Shown: one piece after another, positions 13,621 through 26,399 of the stretch
Position numbering within the stretch: position 1 is the stretch's first letter
Layout: each line of letters begins with the position of its first letter
DNA from: Girardia tigrina
Lineage: Eukaryota
Direction: 5' to 3'
Length of the DNA: 57,909 nt
Assembly (NCBI GenBank): GCA_001938485.1
Contig: MQRK01197785.1
Span: forward strand, 1 to 57,909
The notes under the pieces: model-generated
Seen by the model: only the letters and a program-made list of their open reading frames with translations
Told to the model about the DNA's origin: nothing
The model's database searches: none
Position numbers and translations under genes: made by a program

Positions 13621-13916
13621 TATATTGTACTTTACTTCTTTAAAGTATTATTTAATTTCAATTCAGATTTTTATATTAGCCTCACTATTTATTTGGTTTT
13701 TTTTCGGACATGCTAATTCATTACGTCTTTCCTAAAGGTAATTGAACGAAAACTTATAAAGCATAATATTACCATCTACCTTGTATTCCTTTATATAAAT
13801 AATAAAGTTAAATTAAAACGAATTAAATTCATTGCTAAAAATAAAAAATTAAAAAAATACAGAAAATTTTAAAAATCGAAAAAAAGAAATATCAATAAAT
13901 AATATAACCAAATGAC

Positions 13917-14179
13917 CTCTGATGCAAAATTGCCTTCATTAATGATATTAACATCGCCCTTCCATTTACTGTTAACATCACGCGCTTCCATCAGAGCTCT
14001 CTCTCGGACTAATTTCCCAATTTCAATATGCACAAATTCTGGGAAATTGATCGACAATTTGTAGCAGTACTCCGATTTCCCGATTCCCGGGCCGCCCTGA
14101 ATTATAACAATCGTCGAGTCTGGAGAAATCTTCAACTGAAAAGATCCTATTTCTGGTAACGGTTCAGGACGGAAATCTT
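13917..14179 (-). CDS. AK5: AK5-like exon 3, P-loop of first AK domain (IVIIQGGPGIGKS)
   Basis: ttgcag acceptor, phase 1 matching exon 2; GGPGxGK P-loop; GAG|GT donor, phase 0. Confidence 0.92.
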
Positions 14180-16916
14180 CTGCAATAACATAATAAATAA
14201 TCTAGTTCTTTATGCGAAAATTATTGTCATTTCCATCAAGAAAATATCTTTTTACGACTTCACAAAATCAGATTTTAAATTATTTCTATTCACATACATT
14301 TCAAATAATTTATTATTATAATAAAAAAATATTTTTAAATAAAATTAATTATAGTAAATTAAAAAAGACTAGTAAATTACAAAATACAATTAATAAATTA
14401 GTTTAATAATAAATTAATTCAGAACAATTTACATTTACTGTTCAAGTGACGTAAAACTTATTTTACTGTTTTTATACACTCGCCGTGTTGTTATATGTTC
14501 GGGTGGAATTTAGTGATCGATTTTAAAGTATATTCCCTTTTAGATAGAGCTTTGAAATTTGGAACAAAGCTCAGAATTACATGATAATACAATATTTGAA
14601 CAAATAGAGACGGATAAGCCGAATTTCGGATCTGTTTCGATTAATGTTGGTTTCTTTTACAAAGTTTATTTAAAAAAATATGGCAATATAAAAGCTCTTT
14701 TTATACACGTGATTATTTTTAATGTATATACAATAATATCTGATTCTTCATATGTGGTAAAAACGAATAACTTAAGGTTTTTGTAAAAATACTATCCTAA
14801 ATTTATAAAACAGTACACGGGGGTCCGTAAAACACTAAAAAAATATTTTGTATTATTTTAGTGTCGACACACGTATAATTTCGAATTAATTCATTATTTT
14901 TAAAAGAAAATAATATTCCTTTTATTGTTTTCATGTTTCAAATTTTTTGATAAATTTTATTAAATTCTTTCATTTTCTTTTATTTTGAAAAATTGTATGA
15001 TGAATATTTGGAATTTTTGATGTTTTATGTTTGAATGTTGTATGTTGATTTGGAATTGAGTCTCTCCTACCCAGATGGATGATTAATATTTTAATTCTTA
15101 TTATCTAAAAATATGTAATGTTTAAATTTATTTCTAAATTAATAATTTTAATTATTATTTGTGAAATAATTCTGAAATAAGTATTTTAACAATTTATAAA
15201 ATCAGATAATAAGATTAAAGTCATTAATTAATTAGAAGTAATGTAATCTTACGAAAGTTTTGACAAAGATTTTCCTGAGAACAACCAAACTTGTAATATT
15301 AATAAAAATATGAAAAGTTATTTGATGTTCTTCATTATGTACTTACATCTCTTATCCTCTTTTAATAAACATTTTACGTTTTAATACTTTATTAGGATTT
15401 ATTATCTATGGTCATGTATGTTCTTAATCTCGTATTACCAGCAATAATTTATTTACTGGAGCATAAAACGAAATCAAATTGTGATATTATCAAAATAAAG
15501 TTGGTTAAAATGATATAATATTTTATGTAATATATTTTTGAGAACAGCACATTCTCACAGTTAAAGAAATTCATTTATGTCACATTCAGAATGGTTCATC
15601 ATCCTTCTTGATTGATTAATGATAAGGTATCCGAAAAGATCAAAAGTGAAAGATAAAAATTATTTCAATTATCTTTGTTAGAAATGATGGGCACTCCATC
15701 ATCAAAACCAATCGAAGCCATATAAAAACTAATTTAGCTCTAAAAATTTATTTACACGAAAAATTCCACTTTCAACGCACTGAAGCTAAAAAATTAATTC
15801 TACATAAACAAACAAATTTTTTTAATTATAATTAACTTTTATAATCAGTTAATTATAAATTTTAATTTGAGGAACAATCTTTTTCTAAAATTTGTTAATG
15901 TCAAACCGGAATATTCTAATTTTAATTTATTCTTAATTTACTTATAAAATTTAATTTAACTAATTATTTTATTCTTCATCTAATTATTAAATTTAACTCT
16001 ATCTTATTTAAATTTTAATTTACTTAATTTATTCTTATTTCTTTATTCTTATATTCTCGTCAATGTTATGCATATAATCTCATCTTGCATTTCCACTCTA
16101 ACTCACAAATTTTCTTCTGATGACTTACTCCCTAACAATCTTAATTATAGAAACCAGCAAGAAGACAAAAATATGAACTAATCATTGTAAATATTTTAGT
16201 AAATCTAAAATCTCTGATTACTTTCTAAAATATTCTAAAAATTTCAATATACTAGACTTGTTTTTTGATAAATCAAAACAATTGAAGTTGACTCAATAAA
16301 CAGCGAATTTGTGGCCAAATTCTTCTTCTACTCCTATCTTCCAAATCATGAACATCTTACCTTTATTGCAAAGTCTTCATCGAATATGATAAAATAGATA
16401 GGAATAATCACTTAGAGAACTTCAAAAATATTCTTCTTGAATTAAATAAAAGGAAACAAATATAAAAGCTTATAAAATTATTAAAACAAATATATAAAAA
16501 TATGATCATTCAATGAATCAAATGATATTTAATTTTCAAAATAATCATCTTTCATCACATAAATTTACAAAAAAATTAAATTTATGTTTAATTTATTTAA
16601 TTTATAAAATTTATTTTAATTATTATTAAATTTACTGAATAATTATTGTATCAAAATATTTGTATTTTTTAATTGCAATGTTATTTAAAACTATAAATTA
16701 ATTTTTTTTTGAAATTTAAAATGACGTGAAATTACAAAAAACAATTACAATATCCAAGACATCAATCAAGCATGGCAAATATTCAAATACAAAATATAAA
16801 ACATTCCAAAATATTCATTAAAAGCATTACTAATTTTAATAAAACAATAAAAATTGATTAGTTCCTGATGAGATGACTGTCTTATATATATATATATATA
16901 TAACTCATATATATAT

Positions 16917-18447
16917 AAGGGGGCCCATAAAGTTACTTGTCATGCTTGCATTATTTCTTGGAAAAAATCTTGGAAAAAAGCAATTTATTAATAAAAAACA
17001 TTGATAGGTACTCCCGAATTATGTAATAAAATAGTCGCTTTTGATTAATAATGTTACATTTAAGTTTCAGTGCGTGAACCATCATGACCTTCACATAATA
17101 TCATTCTAGCAACAAAATAGTTATCAAATCACGAAGAATAGTAATGTTCATATGAACAGTAATACTTACTTTGGGTTCATTAAGTGTCACTGGAGCAGGT
17201 GGTAAACATAATATTTCAGTATATAATATACAATGATGATGATATATATAATATACAATGATGATATACAAGGATGACGAGTCCCACAACTAATAGATAC
17301 ACTAATTTAAGTCTAGAGATCTAAATGGCCATATGAACTCAAAATTTCTTGGAATGATCCGATTACTAAAATTTTCTGTCAGAAATCTATGGACCGCATG
17401 GAAGAGACATTATATTGAAATATTGTTTTTTGCAGGGCTTTTGGAGTTGAGAAATGAGGAATATTTTAGTCAGTATTGACATATCCACTTAAAGATAATT
17501 GTGCTTAATGAGTCAATAAAACGTTGTACATCTTATTGTCGTGAGTTTCCATTGTGGCGATTGCACGTGAAACAAAATTAAATCTCCAATATGTATCATT
17601 CTTTGTGTTTGCGTGTACTCTTGTGAATTTTTAATAAATGACAATTAAGTTTTGAGCGAAGAAAATTCCAAATTATCGACTTTGAAAAATTAAAATCTCT
17701 GAAAATGATCCTTGAGTTCAAGGTACGTTGAACATGAAATTCTTGAATTTTATTTAGTGATTCCAACGAATCACTCACTGTTTCCTCAAAAACGCAAAGC
17801 AGTAACTGTAACCCGATCAGCCAGCTAAACATACTATCACAACTGGGGGCTTCAAAAAATATCATGTTGTGTGTGTGGTGGTATTTCGAAGGCCCTGAAA
17901 ACTAGAAACACGGTTTGGATGGTCGAGTCATAAGTCTGGTACTAGAGGGGAGATCTCCGATGAACGAATGCACAGGATCGTTAACCAATCGCAGCTTCTT
18001 CTTTAAATTCAATCTGAAACCGGCCAGAAACACTTNCCGCCGCAACCCGGTTCAAAACAAATACCAACCCACGATAAACTGTCATTCACAATTGAAGTTA
18101 TTGACTGAAAACGCTAATAACTTTTGCGACTGCCAGGTTAATGCAATTAAAGTGAAAAAATGTGCTCTTATAAGACTAAATTATGACGGTATCTATGAGT
18201 AGCTAAAATTTTCAATAATTTATAGATTTTGTTTTATTTAAAACATTAAAAATTCATAAAACTTTAAAAAGGTTTCAAATGATTTCTTGGAAAAAATCCA
18301 ACAAAAATTAAATAAACCAGAAAAAAGTTAAAATCGATATATTTTAATAGGAAAATATTTAATTATAATTAATTTAAAATAAATTAAAGAGATTACAGAT
18401 TTATTTATAAATCCAAAAACATGACAGAATTCTTTATGGACCCCCTA
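16917..18447 (-). mobile_element. Decayed DD41D-type Tc1/mariner with TIRs, containing a nested plus-strand mariner fragment (~17850-18150)
   Basis: TIRs AGGGGGCCCATAAAG (16918) / CTTTATGGACCCCCT (18432-18446); WPFRSLDLN remnant near 17310 on the minus strand; KNIMLCVWWYFEG mariner motif at ~17856. Confidence 0.6.
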
Positions 18448-18479
18448 TTGATACACAAATAGTAGCAACTTTCAATCAC

Positions 18480-18642
18480 CTTTCGGTGTGGGAGCGATCG
18501 GCGGTAGAGGCGTTCTCTTGGCCTCGAGAAACATGTCCCAATGAACGGCATTCACTCCTTGTTTCTTGATTCTTTCTAAACACTCTTGCAAATAATCGAT
18601 GTAATCTGTCGGTCGATGGTACATCAGTCCCGTCATGAGACA
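18480..18642 (-). CDS. AK5: AK5-like exon 2 (CLMTGLMYHRPTDYIDYLQECLERIKKQGVNAVHWDMFLEAKRTPLPPIAPTPK), Dpy-30/RIIa-like domain
   Basis: AG acceptor at 18644-18643, GT donor at 18479; frame differs from the supplied ORF 18476..18739; similar to human AK5 SLLNGLMCSKPEDPVEYLESCLQKVK...VKWDTF...LPP. Confidence 0.9.
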
Positions 18643-18764
18643 CTATTCGGAAAAAAATCAGAAACTCGTTTATTTCAATCTCAAACACAATTTGTGACAA
18701 TAAAAAAACACCAAAAATAAAACCCGAAGAAAACATCAAGAAAATAAATTGGAAATAATATTAC

Positions 18765-18848
18765 TTCAAATAATTGCGGTATTTCATTTTTCGACAAATA
18801 ATCTTTAGCACTTTTTGCTGTCGTTAAACTCTTTTGTTGAACTTGCAT
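18765..18848 (-). CDS. AK5: AK5-like adenylate kinase, coding exon 1 (MQVQQKSLTTAKSAKDYLSKNEIPQLFE)
   Basis: Manual translation; AKDYLSKNEIPQLFE matches the AK5 N-terminal docking domain (human AKEYLARREIPQLFE); phase-0 GT donor at 18764. Confidence 0.88.
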
Positions 18849-18875
18849 ATTTCTTAATTTAATAAAAATTACAAC

Positions 18876-18889
18876 TTATCCATAGCAAC
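18876..18889. promoter_or_regulatory. Candidate RFX X-box upstream of the AK5 ATG
   Basis: TTATCCATAGCAAC, one mismatch from GTATCCATAGCAAC, 28 bp upstream of the start codon. Confidence 0.4.
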
Positions 18890-19359
18890 ATAAATATTAT
18901 CTATGCGTTTAAACAAATCGTTCTTAATTATTAAATGTTTGATAAATATTTTTTTGGAAAATATTAAATCTTTGCGGAAACTTTATTGAAACTATAGTAA
19001 ATTAGGTTTTTATTTTTTTATTATTAGGAAAATGTGATGATCTATTTCATCATGTTGTGTGGCACGGAAAATTTGTGTAATAAATAATATAGGTCTTTGT
19101 GATGTGCAAAATTTTTTAATTTAAAATATGAACTTACATTTAACTTGATAATGTATTACATAACACCACTTTATATAAAAAAGGCAAGCTAGCACAAATT
19201 GTTTAGTTAATTATTTATTTAACACTGAAAATATAATTACTTGACACTATATAGAAGAATAAAAGAAAGAAGAAATTTTGAATTTATTAAGAACACAAAT
19301 TGGATTTTCAATATATTTATTGATATCACAATTTGAATTGATTATAGATTTATTTAAAG

Positions 19360-19830
19360 TTATAAATAATAAATCTCCAACGCCATTGGGATTGTGTTCG
19401 GATCTCATTTATCAATATACATGTAATGGGTGTAACGCCACATACATTGGAGAGACTTCAGGTCATCTCTGTAAGAGAATCCAGGAACACAGTCTCAATG
19501 AAGGTGGAAGTAACATTGCAGGACATAGAAGACATTGTAAAGGAGATATAACTTCACAACACTTTAAAATTCTGTGTACTCAATTTAAAAATTATTGGGA
19601 GAGAGTGACATGTGAAGCGTTATATATAAGATCTTTGAATCCTAATATTACCGTTCAAACTGCACTCTCTACAACTTTGTTGAGAGTTTTTAAATGATGT
19701 ACTGATTACGTATTGATTACATAATCCTTAACTGCACTATATAAGTAAATTTCGTTTGAAAAATCATTTGTTCTGACGATGACGGTTAAACCGTCGAAAT
19801 TTATAAATACTTTCAATTGGCTTTCCAATT
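19360..19830 (+). mobile_element. Penelope-like element 3' end: GIY-YIG endonuclease and pLTR
   Basis: LIYQYTCNGCNATYIGETSGHLCKRIQEH...EALYIRSLNPNI is a Penelope GIY-YIG domain. Confidence 0.88.
19765..19810 (+). ncRNA. Minimal type I hammerhead ribozyme-like motif of the Penelope pLTR
   Basis: CTGACGA (19773) - stem II GACGG/TTAAA/CCGTC - GAAA (19796), then palindromic AAATTT; stem I pairing is imperfect. Confidence 0.6.
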
Positions 19831-20968
19831 TGGATATTTATGATATATTAATTTAATTTTAAAGCTTATTTTAATTTTTAAATTTTCAAAATAATTCAAC
19901 GTTTATATTTAAAATATTAATCTTCCATCTCAGTGGGCGAAAAACAATCCTAAAACAAAATACCAAACAACACACAATAAACACCATTCAAAAATATTCT
20001 TCACAAAATTAAAGTTGGATTAAATCATATGAGTAATTTTTGAGTTTTAAATTTCGATTATGATAATTACAATTGGAAAATAAAAATTGAAATTCATTAA
20101 GAATAAATATTTTTTTATTACAAAAGTACTTCTTTTTAGAATAAAAGATTATTTAAATAATTTATAAAACGGTAAAATAGTAATTAAATTATAACAAAGC
20201 TGAAAATTTCTTTGATTTATGCAAATAATTAAATCATATTGATATTTATCTTGTAATTATAATTCTTTCTGATGAATTGGATATCGATGAAACTAGTCAT
20301 TTAAATCTTAGTTTCTTAAATTAAAGTCTTTTAGACATTTGTAAACCATTTTTGTTAAAAAAACATCATTATAACTTTCTTGATTTTGTTACTTATGTTG
20401 GGTATTCAAATCTTTAATCTTAAATATTTACTTTTATTCTTTATTCTTTAATCTTTTCTCTTTAATCTTTAATCGTTAATCTGACTCCAATTAATCAGTA
20501 CGGACATCCAACATAAAAATATAAATAATGAACACAAATTCTTTTATGAAACTTTATTTCAAATGACACTTATTAACACGTCAAAATAATAATAATAATT
20601 CAATTCTTGATGACAGAACACAAACACAAATCAATATTTCGTACGAGTTAACAGATTACAGTAAAAATTGTGAATCTCCAAAACGAATGATAGTTTAGAT
20701 TTTTAAAATAAACCTTTTTCTCCTATACTGGATACTTATGGTTTAAGAAAATGTGTTTTAAAAAATAATAAATAAAAATAATTCTTTATAACTGTAGTAG
20801 CTATATTTTAATATAGATATTTTAATTTCAATATATTTTAAAGTCGTAATTACATTAAAAACATGCTTATTAAAATTCTATATTGTTAAGGTTCTGAAAA
20901 TAAAAATATTAGTAAGTAAATATTTAAAATATACTTTTTACCCTCCTGAAAAATAAAATCAATTAGGA

Positions 20969-20999
<31 letters not shown>

Positions 21000-21129
21000 T
21001 ACATAGAAAAAATAAAATAAAAAAAGTGCTGATAAATCCCTTTGTAACTTCCCTTTTGTTTGAGCTCAGTGCTCAGGAACTTAAGGTAGTTAATAGGGAT
21101 AATTTGCATTTGTAATATTACTAATATAA

Positions 21130-21425
21130 ATCATATTATTTTAGCATTATTATTTATTATATTAAAATTATAACTATTATTATTATTATCATTTATTTTA
21201 TAATTATTGCTATATTTTTATTATATTTATAGTTATTATTTTGACTATTATAAATTAATTAATATTATTATTATTAGTATTAGTTTGTCATTATTATTAT
21301 ATTTGTATATGAAACAATTATTATTATTTATTTTGTACTTCGTCAACGAGTTTTTCCTCCCTAGTCGGGGCCCGTTCATTAAGGGGGCACGTCTGTGTTG
21401 GTTGGAAAAAGCCGTTGTAGGCTTG
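21130..21425 (-). mobile_element. Probable LINE 3' end with a degenerate (TAA)n tail, truncated by an N gap
   Basis: GC-rich 21339-21425 abuts a degenerate (TAT)n tract of about 200 bp, which reads (ATA)n on the minus strand. Confidence 0.35.
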
Positions 21426-21686
21426 NNNNNNNNNNNNNNNNNNNNNNNNNNNNNNNNNNNNNNNNNNNNNNNNNNNNNNNNNNNNNNNNNNNNNNNNNNN
21501 NNNNNNNNNNNNNNNNNNNNNNNNNNNNNNNNNNNNNNNNNNNNNNNNNNNNNNNNNNNNNNNNNNNNNNNNNNNNNNNNNNNNNNNNNNNNNNNNNNNN
21601 NNNNNNNNNNNNNNNNNNNNNNNNNNNNNNNNNNNNNNNNNNNNNNNNNNNNNNNNNNNNNNNNNNNNNNNNNNNNNNNNNNNNNN

Positions 21687-23575
21687 GTCACTTTTTAAAA
21701 AAAAATTTTAAAAATGAAATGAGCCGATCGGCTCGTTAGTTTTAGTGGGCCGACGTGTCGATTGAGTAACTATGCCCAAATCAGAGTCGACTTCAGTCGA
21801 CTATCGCTGGGGAAATTAATGGGCAATTAAGCCCGAAGCTGAGGTAATTTAATTTGAATTAATGAGCAATTAAGCCCAAAATAAATTAAATTAATTATTA
21901 AATTTATGGGTAATTAAACCCAATTAAAATAAACAAAAATTATAAATTTTAAATTATAAAAATTTATAAATTATAAATTTTAATTTTTAAACTTTTAATT
22001 TTTTTTATATATTAACAAAATGTTTCGGGTATAAATACCCCTAAATTTTTCACTATTGTTACGCAAAAAATAAATCTAAGCAAAATTTATTTTAAAAAAT
22101 TTGATATTGAAAAATTTATGAATTATATTTTGGAGTCCTCCGTCGTTAGTTATATATTGTCCTATTCCGAGAGAATTTTGTGATTCAATTGAATAAAGTT
22201 TTAAATCCGATTTCTTTTGAGTTTTTACTGTTATTTGAATTTGAAAACTAATCTCAGACGAGATTCATTTAAATTGAAACCTCAAGAGAGCGTTAAACAA
22301 TTTGATAAGTTCAATAAAGTTGGAAGAACCTTTTGAAAGGGAGTCAAATCATTACAATTTGAAAGTGTGTTTTATAGTAATTGAAGATAACTTGATTTCG
22401 AATACCCCACAATATATTTATTATATACATATTTATAATACGGTTAAATTTAAAAATTGTAAAACTCCTAAAAAAAGAACTTTGTTCAAAAAATTAAAAA
22501 AACACATTTTTTTATAATAAATTTTATGAACTCAAATTTTGATGAGGTTTGCGCTGCAAACAGTTTTTCTAACATGGCGACCAAAACCTTGGAGATCCTC
22601 CTATCGCGATCTGTCCCAGATCGATTCAAGAAAGGAGAAGATATCGAAATTTTCATTTCCAAATACCGTAGATTCTTCGAGTTAACGCAGACCAAAGAAA
22701 ATGTAAAAACTTTTATGGTGAAAACTCTGCTAGACGATGAGGCCATCAAAGATTATGAGGATGTCGATGACGGCGTGAAGAATTTCGAAGATCAATTGCG
22801 ACAAGCGTTTTCCAAGAAGAGTTCCCGATTTGAAGACCTGGCAGAAATTCTGGAATACCGGAGAGGTTCTGAATCAGTTGAAGACTACTTTAAGACTGTG
22901 GCATAATTGGCCAATAAATTAGCCGCATACAATTGGGACCAAGCCGAATTAGAGAAGGAGATACTATTGCACTGTTCCAGTGATAAAGAGATCCTAAAGG
23001 AAGTTGAGATGAGAGATTAAAATGAGATTACGGATATAAAAAAATCGATGACAAAAATGGACAAGATACAAAAGAAATATGATCATGTCAATGCAGTGAA
23101 AGACGATTGAATCCATGTACAATCCAGAAGAAACAAGACACAATCTGGAATTTAAGGATTTGAAACGACATTGAATTACAACAACAAGAGAAGCACACAA
23201 CTGACAGTGAGAAATTTTGAAATGAAGATTTACAATCATGAAGGCGTATAGAATCAAGATGGTGCTGGTCCTGCAATTTAATGGGACACATAAGCAGGAA
23301 CTGCAGCAAAAGATTACCCGTCACCTGCCATGCTTGCAGAACACAGGGCCATATCAGAAGAAATTGTCCAAATCGGAAATGTAACCGATGTGCAGCCAAT
23401 GGCCATAGGAGAGAAAATTGCTATACGAATATGAGGAGAAGACATTTGGCCAATAATCAAAGAGAAACGGGAAGACTTGATGCCACTGCCACAGCTGGAA
23501 GAACTTGGAACAACAACAACTCAAACCGAGGAGATAGCCGACAAATACCGACTCAAAACAGACCCAACCAACTGT
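21687..23575 (+). mobile_element. LTR retrotransposon remnant: LTR-like region and pseudogenised gag with three CCHC zinc knuckles
   Basis: gag from ATG 22574 (MATKTLEILL...) with stops and frameshifts; CWSCNLMGHISRNC, CHACRTQGHIRRNC, CNRCAANGHRRENC; TATAAATA ~22029 and AATAAA 22192; no pol seen. Confidence 0.75.
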
Positions 23576-23967
23576 CCCGACCCTCTCGAGCATAAACATT
23601 TTTGAAAGCTCTTGAGCCCCAAGTGGCTATTAAGGATCAGCCACAACCCAGCGTCCGTTTTAATATTCATTTGTATTTATTTATATAATGGGTCGGACGT
23701 CTCTTCTCGCTCGACATCTGCCTGACAGTGCCGAGTTTGAAGGACCTTCAGGTTGCGGAAAAAATTTCGTCCAGAATAGTCCTAGAACCATTTATTAATC
23801 ACTTACAACAAAATGGGATTCTTATAAACGTCAGCTTGTGTAAATGGAATTTTTAACTATCATTGTTATTATCAAAGTTAATTAATCACGATTCGACTAT
23901 TCTTAACACAATATAAATCATTTATAAAATCATCATTTTATTAAGTTATTAAAATAACATCTGATTG

Positions 23968-24076
23968 TTTACATTTTCTTTGGTCTGCGTTAACTCGAAG
24001 AATCTACGGTATTTGGAAATGAAAATTTCGATATCTTCTCCTTTCTTGAATCGATCTGGGACAGATCGCGATAGGA
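23968..24076 (-). repeat. Perfect 109-bp inverted copy of gag segment 22599-22707
   Basis: Base-by-base reverse-complement identity; ATTGTTT at both junctions (23964-23970 and 24077-24083). Confidence 0.92.
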
Positions 24077-26399
24077 ATTGTTTTTTATTTTAACAAAAAT
24101 AATATATTATTAAATCAGAATTCTTTTTTCTATTAAATTAAAAATCAAATTTTCTAAATTTACCAAAAACATATAAATCGAAATTTAATCGACTATATTA
24201 AAATTAACATTTAAATATATTAACAAAACAAATATCGTCATTTCTTTTACTGAACTAATTTCATAAAATAATTCATTTGTCTGATTTGAATTCACATGTG
24301 AAAAATGAAAAAGACAATCTATTTCCAATTCGACGCATTCAGTGATAAAATCTTAATTACAAATCAAAACTCGCCAAAAGAAATCAAAGGTGATTTTTTT
24401 TAACATTAAACTTTATAATTATTACATCAAATTGTAAATTTTATTTCACGTTTTCGTATTTTATTAACGACAATTTTTTTTGATATTTAAGATTCTCTTT
24501 TTTGATATTATCGGTTAGATTTATCGTACTTATTAAGGACGCTAAATGGATTATTTATGGGTATAGGTCCGTACGGGCCCAAGCAAAAATAAATATAGAC
24601 AAACATAAAATATTATCAGCATACTCGGAAAAATACTTTTAAAATTAAAAAAAATATATTTAAATATTTTCAAGTCACCTAACCTGAAGGGAAATAAAAT
24701 TTATTTATTACATAAACACTGGCTTCATTGACTTATTCTGGAAAATAATCGACTAATTTTAGAAAATATTTTTACTTCGATTTCAGAAATGTTTAAAAAT
24801 TTATTTCATATTTTTTCAGGTGGGCCTAATATATTTTATATATCTAAAATTTTTAAAATTTAAATATTTTTCTGGAATTGTTTTCTCTTCTATCTGGGTG
24901 GGAGAAACACAACCCTAAAAGAACATACAAAACAACATTCAATAAACACCATTCAAAAAAAATTTTCGTAATAATAATATGACGAAATTCGTTTCAAGAA
25001 TCAGAAAAATCAACCTTATTTTTAGAATTCGGAGACATATTTTATGTAAATCCCAAACAACCATAAAGGGATGTACAATAATTACATAACACGAAATTCA
25101 AAAATTTGTGAGCCTCCCTCGATTATTATAAAGCTTCGTAACGAAATATAAACTCTCCCATCAAACTTACGTAACGAGAAGCTGAACCCATCTCTGTAGA
25201 TCGCTTTTCATTTTTATGAATAAATCTTGCAACTCATGGAATATTGTAATCACATACAAATACATCGTCTCTTTTGTATCTGTTATCAAATCCGAATTAA
25301 TTTTTTATTCCGAAAGACTTAAAATCTCTTTGGAAAACCAAACTTAATTTTCCCTTTAGAATATATCGCATGGAAAATTTACAATTGACATTATGACGAT
25401 ACCATTATTATTAACTTAAATATTTTGTTGATTTTCTTTATTTTTTTTGTATTTACGTACTAAAAATATTTTTAGTGTATTTTTTTGTAAATTAATAAAA
25501 CTAAAATAATTATAAAAACTCTTCTAAAAAAATCAAATATAAATTAACGAGATTCGAACTTTCAAAATTAATTGTAATTCGAAGATCATTTAGGGACTAC
25601 AGTTTCATTTTATTCAGCATCAATATTTGGACTAGGGTATACAATCCAGGGATAATACACAAAATATTCCTGGGAGTACCCAGGGACAGAAGTTGATCTT
25701 CAAGAAATAATTGGAATTGTCTTCGAAATTTGTGCAGTTTTGTTAAAAATCTAAAAATTTATGTTCTTACACAATTTATTAACTTTATAAATCACTATTC
25801 ATGTCTAATTAACAAAAATATTATATATTATTTATCAAAAAATATTTTTATATTTAATGTGAATAGTAAAATAAATTGATATACATACTCGAGAAAAAAG
25901 AATTTTAATTTGAATTTAAAAAGAAATCGATTTTTACCAAACAATAATAATTTTGAAAAAAATCGATTTTTTTCGTAAGGAGGCAAAGTTATACGACGTC
26001 CGCCTGTAGTATAACCAAAAAATATATAAAATCTGTTATACTTTTTTGATAGTTATTATTATTCGGTGTTTTCCAAAAAGTAACTGGAACTGCGATCCTG
26101 AATATATTAGATATCACTAAGGCACGGAATCTAATGACCTTAAAAATCAAAAAAAAATGACTCTCTTTTATTTCCTCTCTTTCCGGGTGAGATATTATTT
26201 TGTTCTTCCCCTCTGTCAATAGAGTCGCCACCGTCACAAATCCGCCGCAGTCACACCACTGCGTCACCCACTCTGTTATCAATTATTATTATAAAAAAGA
26301 ATTATTATTATTAAAAGAACGTTTTTTTCGTTATTAAAAAGTACTATGATACAATCAATACTCAAATCTTGTCTTTGCTCAAATCGATAATGTTCAATC

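Noticed and set aside
16865-16885. CTGATGAG hammerhead core
   Set aside because: No stem II or GAAA follows
18476-18739. Supplied 87-aa ORF
   Set aside because: Wrong frame; the true AK5 exon 2 is in another frame bounded by AG/GT
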